A DNA stretch of 64,000 nucleotides from an uncultured virus (IMG/VR IMGVR_UViG_3300009183_000081) (taxonomy: Duplodnaviria; Heunggongvirae; Uroviricota; Caudoviricetes), in the IMG/VR virus record IMGVR_UViG_3300009183_000081; one strand, written 5' to 3'. The position numbers were made by a program, and so were the translations under genes. The notes below the pieces were generated by a model. That model ran no database searches. It was given only the letters and a program-made list of their open reading frames with translations, and was not told the origin of the DNA. Positions 1 through 10,900 of the stretch are shown piece by piece; within the stretch, counting starts at the first letter, position 1; each line of letters opens with the position of its first letter.

Positions 1-1220
1 GAATCTACTTGAGCATAAATTGAACGAGTTGCATAATCTGGAATGTATAAATCTCCAGCAATATCTCCAGGATCAACAGTTTCATCGACTAATATTCCGC
101 TAACTTCGTGGAATATTCGGATTAGGTCAAACTCGGCCTCGCTCATGCTCTGAGGCATTGTGAATTTAATAATTGTATCAGGTGGACATACTCCATCCCA
201 GTCAGTTATCGTAAATGCATATACTGAATTTTGTAGATAAAAACCTGGAGGTAGAGAGTCTCCGCCCAAGTTATCAATTGGATTTGGTCGCTTACAGATT
301 GTCACTGGTGCAGTACCAGACGGTGCTCCAATAATTTCAATACCGAAATTAAATGAGGTTGAGCTTGAGTCAACAATCTCAGTGCTACAAGTATAGCCAG
401 TTTGTGAACAGAAAGGATCTTCTGTAAAATAGTGTAATAATAATTTATCACCAGTATCTAAGTTATAACCTGCAATACTTGGGTTCCAATATAATTGACA
501 AGTTGAATCAGCTTCATTAAATGTAACTGCGTTTAATCCGCCGTCATTACTTAGATATGCAGGTGAAGTAATATCACCATCTCCGACCGGTACGAGTTGA
601 CCGTTTACAAATAGCATAAATGCAGTTGCTGCAAGTGGAGCGGGTACCAAAAATATTCCATTCTCAGAAGCATTTGTATTATCTACGCTAACATTATCTG
701 CTGTTGCACGCATAATAACTTCTTGCATGCACTTTGCGGTTGCTGAGGCGCCATTTCCGCCTGACAGTAGAGTCCAGCCGGTTGAAACTAGCCAAACATA
801 AACTCCTTCAATTCGATTTCCTTGAGCCGCGATATAGACAATTTCACCAGGAACGCCAGTAGTCGGTAGAGCTCCAAATACTCTTAATCTCAGACGTAAA
901 ATCTCTGCAACATCTTCGGCTACAAAGTTTTTAGCAGTAACTGTACCACTTGGTGAAAGATTAATTACGGTTGGATAATTACCGTTCTGTAATTGAGTGC
1001 CGTATACTGAAAGTCCTCTTCGAACTGTGACTAGATCTGACGCAACTGTGTTAATGTCTACTGAAACATCATTCGTAGATTGATTATAATTTATTGATGA
1101 TAAGAACTCCTTAATCGCAGAAGTTATTTCACCAAAATTAAAATTGGAGAGCTCAACTAGTGATGTTGTGCTAGAATTAGATAGTTTTTTAACCGATGTT
1201 AGTTTGACTTGTACTGCCAT
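1..1220 (-). CDS. Putative virion structural/fibre protein, runs off the window start (partial; absent from the ORF track)
   Basis: Manual translation from ATG at 1220 gives MAVQVKLTSVKKLSNSSTTSLVELSNFNFGEI...YATRSIYAQVDS, open to base 1. Late-type motif AATAAATAA lies at 1245-1253. Confidence 0.7.
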   Translation of the reverse strand, partial: MAVQVKLTSVKKLSNSSTTSLVELSNFNFGEITSAIKEFLSSINYNQSTNDVSVDINTVASDLVTVRRGLSVYGTQLQNGNYPTVINLSPSGTVTAKNFVAEDVAEILRLRLRVFGALPTTGVPGEIVYIAAQGNRIEGVYVWLVSTGWTLLSGGNGASATAKCMQEVIMRATADNVSVDNTNASENGIFLVPAPLAATAFMLFVNGQLVPVGDGDITSPAYLSNDGGLNAVTFNEADSTCQLYWNPSIAGYNLDTGDKLLLHYFTEDPFCSQTGYTCSTEIVDSSSTSFNFGIEIIGAPSGTAPVTICKRPNPIDNLGGDSLPPGFYLQNSVYAFTITDWDGVCPPDTIIKFTMPQSMSEAEFDLIRIFHEVSGILVDETVDPGDIAGDLYIPDYATRSIYAQVD

Positions 1221-1251
1221 TTTAATGTTGGGCTTTTTCTGCTTTTATTTA

Positions 1252-2601
1252 TTACTTTTCTTCAATATCTCGAGTTTTTAGCTCTTTCAAGAACTCTGTT
1301 TTTGAGTCTACTTTGCAATTTAAGGCAACTGTACCTGATCTAATGATACATTCGTTAAGATCTCCGTAAATTACATGACCTGGTTCGCTTTTAATGTAGC
1401 TTAGGTCAAGACGATTGCGACCGTCTCTTTCAAATGTGCAATATTTAAGGTAAGAATATCGAATATCGTTACCGGTTATGATTCGTGCCTCACGTAGATG
1501 AGACGATCTTACTTTACAGCCGTAAAATGTGCAATTTGTTAATTCCCCTTCTACTGAACAGTTAATAAAGTCAACATCACTTACTGAAAAGCTCTCTTTT
1601 AGGCGAGCATCTTTTATTTGAATGCGTTTGGCTTGAGTATCGTAGTTAACAATGCCTTTTTTAAGATTACCGGTAGTAATCAGCTCAAATAATTTCTCTT
1701 TTATATTAGAATAATTTGATTCAACGATTCGTGGATCATTTCTAAGGTCAATGTATAGTTCAATATCCGGATATGTATTAATAAAGCTCTCATAAGTTTT
1801 AACTGATTGTAATAATGATTTGTGTTTAGTTAAAATCTCAGAAATTCTACGAGTTTCATTAACTGTGTATACATGATTCTCTTGTAAAGTTGAATATAGA
1901 CTCTCGGCCATGTAGTTAATTAACTCAACTGAGTCTTTTTTCTTGGTTTCGTAGCCGGCTCCTCCTGCATATCGGACTTCTAGATAATTTTGAGATAACT
2001 TTGTGAAATTTATCCCAAAATACTTTGCATGAGGTAGGTTAAAATCAGTTGGGCTTGCTGGATATGCGTAATTTAGGCTTGTTTCAGCAATAAACTTATT
2101 TTTAGGATAGATGTTTAAGACTGAGTTTTTATAGATCTTCTGCATTCTTGATTTGGCAGATGGCCACATATCAAAAATCTTAGATTCGTCTAAATTTAAG
2201 ATGTACTTGAAAACATTTAAGTTTTGAAGACGCTCAGTTAAGTCTAGATCAATTTCATTAAATGAAATATTGACATGAACTCCAGTCCTTTCGGTTGTAA
2301 ACCCGTGTTCAGCAATAAAATTATAGATTTTAAACATTACATGAACTGCTTCGTTATACGGCATAACTCCGGTTACCAGCTCGTTCATTCTAAAACCGCC
2401 TGAGAAATCCGGTTCAATTTTAAAATCGTTTTCGGCAACTGGCATGTCAGAATGGTACTGATCAGTCCATTGCACGTTCTTTTTTAGAACCTTTGTAAGT
2501 TTTTCCGAAAGTTCCTTTCTGCTTAACGGCGAAAAGAATTCAAATTCGAATCCCAAATTCACGTTATCAAATAGGCGTTTCTTGTTTATATCTTTATACA
2601 T
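1252..2601 (-). CDS. Phage amidoligase (Amidoligase_2 / COOH-NH2 ligase family) with C-terminal beta-helix-like repeats
   Basis: Motifs GFEFEF, IEPDFSGG..NELVT, TGVHVNIS, KYFGINF and YLEVRYAGG; the C-terminus has pentapeptide-like repeats (FINCS, LTNCT, FYGCK). Confidence 0.75.
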   Translation of the reverse strand: MYKDINKKRLFDNVNLGFEFEFFSPLSRKELSEKLTKVLKKNVQWTDQYHSDMPVAENDFKIEPDFSGGFRMNELVTGVMPYNEAVHVMFKIYNFIAEHGFTTERTGVHVNISFNEIDLDLTERLQNLNVFKYILNLDESKIFDMWPSAKSRMQKIYKNSVLNIYPKNKFIAETSLNYAYPASPTDFNLPHAKYFGINFTKLSQNYLEVRYAGGAGYETKKKDSVELINYMAESLYSTLQENHVYTVNETRRISEILTKHKSLLQSVKTYESFINTYPDIELYIDLRNDPRIVESNYSNIKEKLFELITTGNLKKGIVNYDTQAKRIQIKDARLKESFSVSDVDFINCSVEGELTNCTFYGCKVRSSHLREARIITGNDIRYSYLKYCTFERDGRNRLDLSYIKSEPGHVIYGDLNECIIRSGTVALNCKVDSKTEFLKELKTRDIEEK

Positions 2602-2619
2602 AGAGTTATTTATTAAAAT

Positions 2620-4704
2620 TTATCGGTTTATTGCTATAAATGGTACATTCAATCGAGGTCTGGCATTATCAATTATGGCTAGAGTAGATTCATCTCTAAT
2701 GAATAATTGACTCACTATGAATTCATGATCTTCGCTCTGGATCATTGTATTAAATAGTCTAACATTTGCAATTGAATAATTTGCACTAGGTAAACACCAA
2801 GTTGCAGTGGTTTCAAATTCAAAGGTTCCAGTCGTAACAATATTTGAATTGGGGTTTAGTGGCACAATCTTATTGAAGTTCTTGATATTTGCTGGATCTT
2901 GCCTAAGTTCATACACATTTATTTCAAATTGACCGAACTGAGCAGAGATTGGAATGATGATTGGATACCATTTTGCGTATTCAATTGTTCCGATCGGCTG
3001 ACTGTATTCTTGATCATTTATTGTTATCTTAATGCTTAAATTAGGCGTACCTGATGCGTCAGCTATGATTGCCTGGATGATTAATCCTTTGCGGTCATAA
3101 TCATCATAACCTCTAAATAGCGTCACATCCTGATCACCTCTGTTAAAATTAACTAGTGCAGAGAAAGTCATGTTTGGAGTCTCAGCAGTTGAGGCTTGTC
3201 GCTTGTAGACAACTGCATTCTCGGCCTGTTTAAAATTAACAATTCCTGAGCCTGAAGTAGTTTCAAGAATTGGTCTGCGTTCAGATGCCTTAAGGCTTAG
3301 CGTTTTATAACCCTCAACGATTACGTACTTTTGACCAGTATGCGGCGGCGCAAAGGACTCTTTTGGGCCATTCATTTTAATTCTGGCCTTGTTAGGATTA
3401 AGATCGGCAATATTAATATCACCTGTAACCAATTGATTTTGTCTCCAAGTTTTAAAAATATTGCTATCATCGTATGCATAAATTTCTCCGTCTGGCGAAA
3501 GTTCTTGCGCATCTGCTCCATTTGATGAAGTTAATGTGTATGGAACCAATTGCGGACGAATTGCACTCATATCATAATAGTATTCAATTAATGGAGCGTA
3601 ATTAAATGTGATATCTAATATTTTGCTCTTGATATCTGGATGTAGAGTCTTTCGGACCTCATCAAATCGGGTAGAAGCGGTTGAAAATTGTTGTTTATCT
3701 AATGCGTCCTGTTTTTGAACCTTAGCCTCTGCTCCAAATAACTGTTCAGAACTCATAATGATATTGTCTAAGAAAGTTCTGTCATTGGCTTTCATTAGCA
3801 TATCAATATTGGGATGGAATTTGGTTAATTGAATTTTCCAATAAATTGGCTCCATCATAAATCCTCTGTATAGGTACGAACCTTGAATCTCGTACATACG
3901 ATTAACTAGAGGAAAGAAGAGATAGTCTCTCTTTCTAGGCTGCGAGCCTTTACCGAACATCATTTGAAAATAAGTATGATCAACATGAATTTCAAATGGA
4001 ACTTCAAAATCAACTCCGAACTCTGTAAAATTGGGTTTGTTATCTGGAAACTTATTATCTGGTACCATTACCTTGATACACTTACGTTCAGTTGTTTTAA
4101 ATAGAGTCCATTCTTTAAAGATAAAATCGCCGCCGTCTCTATCTGGTTCTGTTTTAAAATAGACAACCTCGTGTCCAAATATTTTATTGGTCTGTAGGCT
4201 TAATTCGTGTGCAATACCGGTTGCTGTACCAACCTCATAGGGTTTAAATGAGGCTTCGCGCTCAGCAATTATTACTGGACAGCGCTCATCTGAACAAGAA
4301 ACGGACGGGGTAAATAATTGGTCTTGAGGTTTGGTGCTCTCGACTCTGATCTTAACTTCATTGACTTTTAGCTCAGTTGAGAGAGCATCGTATGTTGTAT
4401 CGTCGTACTCATACTTCACTTCAAAAAAGACATTGGATTCCGCGAAGACTAACGTAGGTAAATCGCCTAAGTCGTCTGGCGTAAATGAGTACCAAAGAGA
4501 CCAGTTTGATCGGTCGTTTGAATATCTTAACTTTCTGATAATATTTGCTGGATTTGCCGAGCCTAGGTCCAGGTCCTCATCGAAAGCTGTGATTTTTACG
4601 GCTTTCTCTAGAGGTTCACCAGTTGAAAAAATTCGATAATTTTTTGAGAAACTTATTGAATTCTTGGCTGGATCAGTTATAATTTTATAGGCTACTACTT
4701 GCAT
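2620..4704 (-). CDS. Neck/head-closure protein (T4 gp14-like domain) with extra N- and C-terminal domains
   Basis: GHEVVYFK..DFIFKE, FTEFGVDFE, QPRKRDYLFFPLVNRMYEI resemble gp14. Start moved to ATG 4704, downstream of the promoter at 4721-4729. Confidence 0.6.
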   Translation of the reverse strand: MQVVAYKIITDPAKNSISFSKNYRIFSTGEPLEKAVKITAFDEDLDLGSANPANIIRKLRYSNDRSNWSLWYSFTPDDLGDLPTLVFAESNVFFEVKYEYDDTTYDALSTELKVNEVKIRVESTKPQDQLFTPSVSCSDERCPVIIAEREASFKPYEVGTATGIAHELSLQTNKIFGHEVVYFKTEPDRDGGDFIFKEWTLFKTTERKCIKVMVPDNKFPDNKPNFTEFGVDFEVPFEIHVDHTYFQMMFGKGSQPRKRDYLFFPLVNRMYEIQGSYLYRGFMMEPIYWKIQLTKFHPNIDMLMKANDRTFLDNIIMSSEQLFGAEAKVQKQDALDKQQFSTASTRFDEVRKTLHPDIKSKILDITFNYAPLIEYYYDMSAIRPQLVPYTLTSSNGADAQELSPDGEIYAYDDSNIFKTWRQNQLVTGDINIADLNPNKARIKMNGPKESFAPPHTGQKYVIVEGYKTLSLKASERRPILETTSGSGIVNFKQAENAVVYKRQASTAETPNMTFSALVNFNRGDQDVTLFRGYDDYDRKGLIIQAIIADASGTPNLSIKITINDQEYSQPIGTIEYAKWYPIIIPISAQFGQFEINVYELRQDPANIKNFNKIVPLNPNSNIVTTGTFEFETTATWCLPSANYSIANVRLFNTMIQSEDHEFIVSQLFIRDESTLAIIDNARPRLNVPFIAINR

Positions 4705-4720
4705 TCGACCCTTCTTTTTG

Positions 4721-4763
4721 TTATTTATCGCAGAGTTACCTGAATTACTTCGCAAATAAATAA
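4721..4763. promoter_or_regulatory. Back-to-back late promoters
   Basis: GATAAATAA (minus, 4721-4729) and AATAAATAA (plus, 4755-4763) between divergent genes. Confidence 0.6.
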
Positions 4764-4782
4764 TAAGAAAACGGGTTAACCT

Positions 4783-5580
4783 ATGAAATCACTTAACCCC
4801 TTGCTGGTTTTGGATCCTACATGGATCTGCCAAGCATATAAAGTTGACCTGGAGTACTACACGTACCTTTTACTTGGTGCTCAGCAGACTTATCTTAAGG
4901 GCCTTGAATCCGGTCGATTCGATCATTTTTATGAAATTGTTTTTCATTACCTAAATCTTAATACAATTATTGCAGATAGTAAAATATACGATTCTGGTCT
5001 TAAACCGGTTACTGCTGACCATAACTTACTGTTATTAATTAGCCAGCTAGCCGAGAAAGAAGACAGTCAAGGCAAGGAGATCATTAGAGAAACTTCAAAG
5101 ATTTTTGCAGATACTATGAATACGTACTTAGATAAGCTGATAGTTAGCCTTGATAAGATTCATTTTTATTTTAATAATAACTGGATTCACAAACAGGATT
5201 TTATCTATTTTGTGTGTAAAACAATTGAGCCAGATCATTATGAAATTGTTAAACTTGATCTAAAGGACTCTCACAATTTTGGGTACTCAGTCTGTACAGT
5301 AGCAGAGGTTGAATTGCCTGGGCTTAAAGAGAATCAGTTTAAAGATCGTCTGCTTAAAAAATTACCTGAGCTCAAGGATTTTGATCCTGAGAAAAATGTG
5401 ATGGTAATTGGTGGAGGAGTCAATATTGATCCAGTTAATCGAGTTTGTCTTGCGAAGGACACAGTTCTACTTAACCGAATTATGAATCATCAACACGGAT
5501 TTGACGGTAATGTTCTACTAGACTTTCACAGGTTACTAGAAAAGCAGAAGAGCATTCCCTTTAAATTAAAGATGAATTAG
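4783..5580 (+). CDS. Hypothetical protein
   Basis: 265-aa ORF with its own AATAAATAA motif upstream; no recognised domain. Confidence 0.65.
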   Translation: MKSLNPLLVLDPTWICQAYKVDLEYYTYLLLGAQQTYLKGLESGRFDHFYEIVFHYLNLNTIIADSKIYDSGLKPVTADHNLLLLISQLAEKEDSQGKEIIRETSKIFADTMNTYLDKLIVSLDKIHFYFNNNWIHKQDFIYFVCKTIEPDHYEIVKLDLKDSHNFGYSVCTVAEVELPGLKENQFKDRLLKKLPELKDFDPEKNVMVIGGGVNIDPVNRVCLAKDTVLLNRIMNHQHGFDGNVLLDFHRLLEKQKSIPFKLKMN

Positions 5581-5584
5581 CGAT

Positions 5585-7993
5585 CTACAGAGCTTCTTCA
5601 AATACATTATCATTATTCTGCTGGTCCTCAACGGTATAATTTCCGCCGACTGCCTGTTGAGTAGTTTGATGATTGGTAATATATGTTCCACTGATTGTAA
5701 CCCAAGTTTTATCAGCATTAGTAGATCCACCTGTTCGTTTTAGGAAATCCCAAATTGATACGTTGCAGTTCATTGCTGTCTCTTGATGTTCGGTGCCAGT
5801 AGTTCCCTCTTTTGCAAGAGTTCGGCTGCCACGCATAACAAACTGTGGATACCGGGTAAGAGTTCCGTACGTTGCAAAGATTGCATAAAGAGAAGAAGGT
5901 TGAATTGGATAAAATGTTGATGTTCCACTAGTTCCGGCACCGGCTGCTCCCCATTTATAGATTAATGGAAATGCTCGCATTGCACCTTGCCGGGTGCTAT
6001 CTGCGTGCGCTCTCACGTTAAACTTCATAGTATCAATTGCTGGCCAGTGATTTGGAATTCCACGAACGCATAATTGATACGACTCATTGCCTATTGCAGC
6101 AGGGTCAGTTGCAGTATTTCCGATATTGCCTATGTTGAATGTAGCTAAATCATTTGGCGCATTTGCTGCAATGGCAGAAGGGGCAGTTGAGGTTGCCCAA
6201 CCTGTAATTGAGAATCTAAGCTGGATAGTAACTGTATTTCCAATTTTTGTGTAAACACCGGTTTTGTCTCCAATGGTTGGCTGTAGATTTGAAACGTTTG
6301 TGTAGCCGTTCACGGTTGGCAGAGTTTGAGTTGCAGTATACCAGATATCTGGAGTAAAGGTTCCTTCTTGGTATTCGTCTAATACGTTAACATCTGTGCT
6401 GCTGGCAGTAGGCAAAGTTCCAGTTGAAACCGGAAAAGGTATTGCACTATTTAATCGATTATTCTTGATTTTTAGGGCGTAGGTACTTGAGGTTGACCAG
6501 TTTATTCCAACGTTTGATGTGCCTGCTCCTAATATGATCTCTTTTGCGGTATTTGGCGCAAGTAACATTAGATTTCCACCGCCTGCTCCTCCGCTCTTAA
6601 CCGTCATATCACCAGCTGCTCCGCTACCAGTTGAGGTAACTATGAACGCTCCATTTGCAGTTAAGCTTGCAGGAAGAAGAGTTGCAGTTGATGTACTATT
6701 TTTAACAACAACGGCAATTTTATCGTAAATCATTGTGTCGACCGATTGCGATGAATCTGATCGCATAATGACGTTCTTCGTAGAATTGGTGTAGTTATCT
6801 GGATCAAATCCAAATCCAAATTTTTGAATTGAATCAAAATTGAAATGTATACCATCGACTAGCGCTCCAGTTATCTTAGCTTCAGTATTTGCGCTATTTT
6901 CTAAAATACTGTTTGAGATTCCAAATTTAATTATGCGATTATTTGGTGGAGATGAGGCTGTTGCGCCTGCTGCAGTTTTCTTGTTAATTGTCCATGTGAA
7001 TCTAGAGTTAAGAGCAGGTTGAGTAACTGAATCGGTTGCATGTAGATTAAAATCTGCACGGATTAGAGATTTGCCCGGAATAGTTGAATCGCTAATTCTA
7101 AATTTGCGAACTCTAAGATTTTGATATGTTGGACTTATTACATATTTTCGAGTAACCGTATTAGTTAAGTGTTCTTCAACTAGATCGTCAACTGATCCTA
7201 ATTCAAGTTGATGACGATAACCGGTTGACCCAGTTAAATGATCGGCTTCGGTTGCAGCATCGGACGCAGAATAGAATGAGTATAGCGATAGTAAAGCTGA
7301 ATACGGGAATGCCTCCTCGTTTATATCAACACCAGGTAAATTACCGAGTCTATTGTCACTTGGTGTAACGCTATAGCCGTTTAGGTCGCTTGAACCTGAA
7401 ACAATATTTCTGGCTGTCTTTGCATCAAAATTAAAGAGAACAACTTGCGAATTTTGAGTAGTTCCGCTCGAATCTCTCCAGTTAGGAGCATTGGTTGACC
7501 ATGCACCGCCTGACGTTGAACCGACCGTTGTTATTCGGTCAAGACCTGATTTATTTTTAACCGGTAAAATTATCTTAGCCGTAGCTGAGACGCCGATTCC
7601 CAGCTGCCAAGTTGAATCGTTAACTTGGGAAATTGAGTTAAACAGATCGTAAAAATCTGAAACTTTATTCCATGTGCTTGTGCCGGATTTTTGATAGATT
7701 GCATCTTCGCTTATGTAATAATCGTCAATTGCAGCAGAGGTTGATGCTGGATAAGTAGTTGGACTTAGAGTTACACCAGTAACAATTGAATCTGAGTAAA
7801 TTTGGGTGCCAGCGGCTCCTTCTGGTCCAATTGGACCTTCTGGGCCAGGTGAACCTGTTGTACCAGTTGCTCCAGTTTGGCCAGGTTGACCTACTCCGAG
7901 CGCAAGAAATTGGTTAAAATTATAATTAAGTTTGCTAGCGAGATCTGCCGGATTGTCTACGGAAAAAACTTCTTTTAGGTTAATGTTTATCAT
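5585..7993 (-). CDS. Tail fibre-like protein with a short collagen-like repeat
   Basis: N-terminal KLNYNFNQ anchor, (Gxy)n run GQPGQTGATGTTGSPGPEGPIGPEGAAG, LDEYQEGTFTP and GVYTKIGNTVT fibre motifs; G/S/T-rich. Confidence 0.7.
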   Translation of the reverse strand: MININLKEVFSVDNPADLASKLNYNFNQFLALGVGQPGQTGATGTTGSPGPEGPIGPEGAAGTQIYSDSIVTGVTLSPTTYPASTSAAIDDYYISEDAIYQKSGTSTWNKVSDFYDLFNSISQVNDSTWQLGIGVSATAKIILPVKNKSGLDRITTVGSTSGGAWSTNAPNWRDSSGTTQNSQVVLFNFDAKTARNIVSGSSDLNGYSVTPSDNRLGNLPGVDINEEAFPYSALLSLYSFYSASDAATEADHLTGSTGYRHQLELGSVDDLVEEHLTNTVTRKYVISPTYQNLRVRKFRISDSTIPGKSLIRADFNLHATDSVTQPALNSRFTWTINKKTAAGATASSPPNNRIIKFGISNSILENSANTEAKITGALVDGIHFNFDSIQKFGFGFDPDNYTNSTKNVIMRSDSSQSVDTMIYDKIAVVVKNSTSTATLLPASLTANGAFIVTSTGSGAAGDMTVKSGGAGGGNLMLLAPNTAKEIILGAGTSNVGINWSTSSTYALKIKNNRLNSAIPFPVSTGTLPTASSTDVNVLDEYQEGTFTPDIWYTATQTLPTVNGYTNVSNLQPTIGDKTGVYTKIGNTVTIQLRFSITGWATSTAPSAIAANAPNDLATFNIGNIGNTATDPAAIGNESYQLCVRGIPNHWPAIDTMKFNVRAHADSTRQGAMRAFPLIYKWGAAGAGTSGTSTFYPIQPSSLYAIFATYGTLTRYPQFVMRGSRTLAKEGTTGTEHQETAMNCNVSIWDFLKRTGGSTNADKTWVTISGTYITNHQTTQQAVGGNYTVEDQQNNDNVFEEAL

Positions 7994-10900
7994 TAAATGT
8001 ATTTAATTTTTAATTTTGGAACCAAGCTTACTCCTGTACTTGACTTTTTGTAAATAGATCCGGACAAGATGGCTGATTTAGGGTTATTTATTTTAACCTC
8101 CTTTATTAACGAGTAATCTAGGTCATCCAGTTGCGAATATGGAACTTGCGCAATACTTAGTGAGTTATCGACAAGTGTATGGTCAGGTTTTTCATAGAAG
8201 TCAATGACCTCTAATTCATAGAGTTTTACTAGGTTTGCTTTACAGTAAGCCGTTAAGTATTGATCAAGAGTTAATTCGCCAATTAGGGAAAGGTCGGTCA
8301 CTAGCGGATTGCCAAGACCGTCAACAAAGAACTTTTCAAATTCAGCACGAAGGCCTGCTTCAATTAAGGTCTTTGCAATAATATTTGCTAAGTTTATTTT
8401 TAACTTAATCTCAGTCTTATACACAGAATACGCAATGTCAATGATTGATCCGTTTGCTTCGAGTTTTGCAAAGGCTGAATCAGTTATCTCAAATTGAGAG
8501 TTTGTTAGCTGCTGAGTGTTAAATGACTCTGCTGTAAATTCAGTCGGTACATTTAGTAATTTTGAAGCAAATGAATAATCCTCGGTTACTCTATTTGTAC
8601 CAGCTATTTTAACCCGTTGAGATTTAGTTAAGTACTTATAATGATAGCCGAAATCCCAACTACTTGATAAACAATTATATGGCGCTGTGTCAACTGGCGA
8701 TTCGCCAATTAATGGATATTCTGCCTTGTATTTAGTCGATGATTCTAGGTCTAGAATTTGAGTGTCAGAGTATTTAACAAATGAAAACTCTGGCATAATA
8801 AAGAAGTCCTTAATGCTTGGATTTAGCAAGCAATTTGAACCAGTTAGATCAAAATTTCCTAACTGAGAAGTGTACTTGAATCCAGCAATTGGTCGATATA
8901 ACACATCATACTCTCCAGAATATCTAAATACTTCGTATTTTTGACTTTTTGATTCAATATGAGTAAATCCGCCAACTACTGCGGTTGAAGCAGTTTCAAT
9001 TTGTTCAGGGACCGCTGTAACAATGGTACTCTTCTCAATACGATCAGCCGTTTCAACGGAAAGTTTAATTTTTTGACCTGGAATAAGAGCTCCATTTTGA
9101 TAGGTTTCAAACTTAACTAGCGATGAATTGTTATCTAATAACGATATGAAATTTGCAAAAGAAATATTTTCAAATAGGTTTGTAAAATAGCTCTTTCCGC
9201 CAAACAATTGGAATTGTTGGCTTAAATTTAACCAATCGCTAGTTGATCCGCCTGGAAAAGCAGAGGCAGAGAGGCTAAGGGTTGGACCGGCAGCCGATGC
9301 TTCTAATTTAGGTCTTAGGATAAGAGTATCACGCTTACAGCTAATTAGCCAATCATTTGAATTGGATCCTGCACCGGTTTGATATCTAACTAAGAATGTT
9401 ATTAGTAAGTTAGAGCCGGTTGCTGACAACTGAATTGCAGTTATTTGCGCTCTTAGGTATTGAGCTGAATTTGCGCTATCTTCAATTTTTACAACGTCTC
9501 CAACTTTTAATTTAGTAGAGTCTATGCCAACTAGGGTTGCTGTGATATATTGACCAACGTAATTCGTTGATAAATTTATTCCTGGGAAGGCTGTTGTTGT
9601 AGTGGTAGTTGTACCGGAACTCGTTGTTGTAGTAGTTGTTCCTGAAATAGTTGTAGTAGTCGTTGTCGGTAAATACGCTGGATCAAGGATTATGAAATCT
9701 GAGAATTCATAAATAATTTCTGGCGTTTCAAATATTAATAAATTCTCCTGTACCGATTTTAATAAATGAGTCGTTACCGTTGGATTAGATAAATCATGTC
9801 GTAGCGTAGCAAGCGACGTATTTCCAGAAAAGTCAGCACTAGTTTTTAGTGGGATTGAGGCAATTCCGGTTTGGTTAATGAATAGTAATGGCGAAAATGC
9901 AGGCAATGGGCTTTCTGCGCCAATGCTAGGATTTATCAAAGTATCAAATGATGCACTAATTGGATTAATAAAATCTTCTAGTACAAATGCGTTAGTTGGA
10001 ATTTGTGAAAGATTTTGAGAAACAGTTGACACCTGTTCAGGAGTTACGTATACTGAGCTTCCGCTAATATCAACACCAGCCGCAAGTTTTACAGTTGAAA
10101 ATGCAGATTTGGTTGAATTATATTTTTTATCTTTGACTGAGTATATGAAATTATAGGTTAGATTACTTACGCCTGCTGGATTAAATGATATTCTATAATC
10201 TCCAAACGCTCCAAGGAAACTTGGCTTTGCTCCAACCACGCTAAATTTACTTAACGTTGTTAATGGGATTGGCGTTAATTGGGATGGATCGGTGCTATTA
10301 TCAAATATTCTAATTAGGTCTGAGCCAGTTGATCCTAGTATAACGTGAACTGGGTTTGAGAATGTTAAATATTGGGATGGGTTCTCACTGTTATATGAGC
10401 CGCTTAATAATTCTTGGTTTGTTGCGTTTACAAATAATTCGCTATTACTAAATGCTAAAATAAATTCTTCGCCGCTAGTCGGTTCAATAACTAATATTAC
10501 TGGATAATTATCAGCATCGTATTCGGTGCCGCCAATTAGCAAATTGACTGGTTGTGTTGACACTGGGTCAATTGCGGTTCCAGGTGTTGAACTGCCAATT
10601 GCTATTCCAGCTAAGCCTGAAACATTTGGGTATATTCCGTTCTTTAGCGAATTAAATTCGGTGCTTGAAGCTGCTGTGTAAATTGCAGATACAGTAAATT
10701 CGGTTGGCGCTAGATTATAAATTATCTTTGAGTTTAAAAATAATTTAGTTTGATCAAGCCTAAGGTCTTCAAATTCTTGACCTGCACTAATCATCTCTGG
10801 AGAAGACTCGGCTAATAGCGCTGGATTTATTCTGGAAATATCACTAAGAGCTATCTCAATTAAAATTAGAATTGACTTTGCATCCATGTTTTCAATTACT

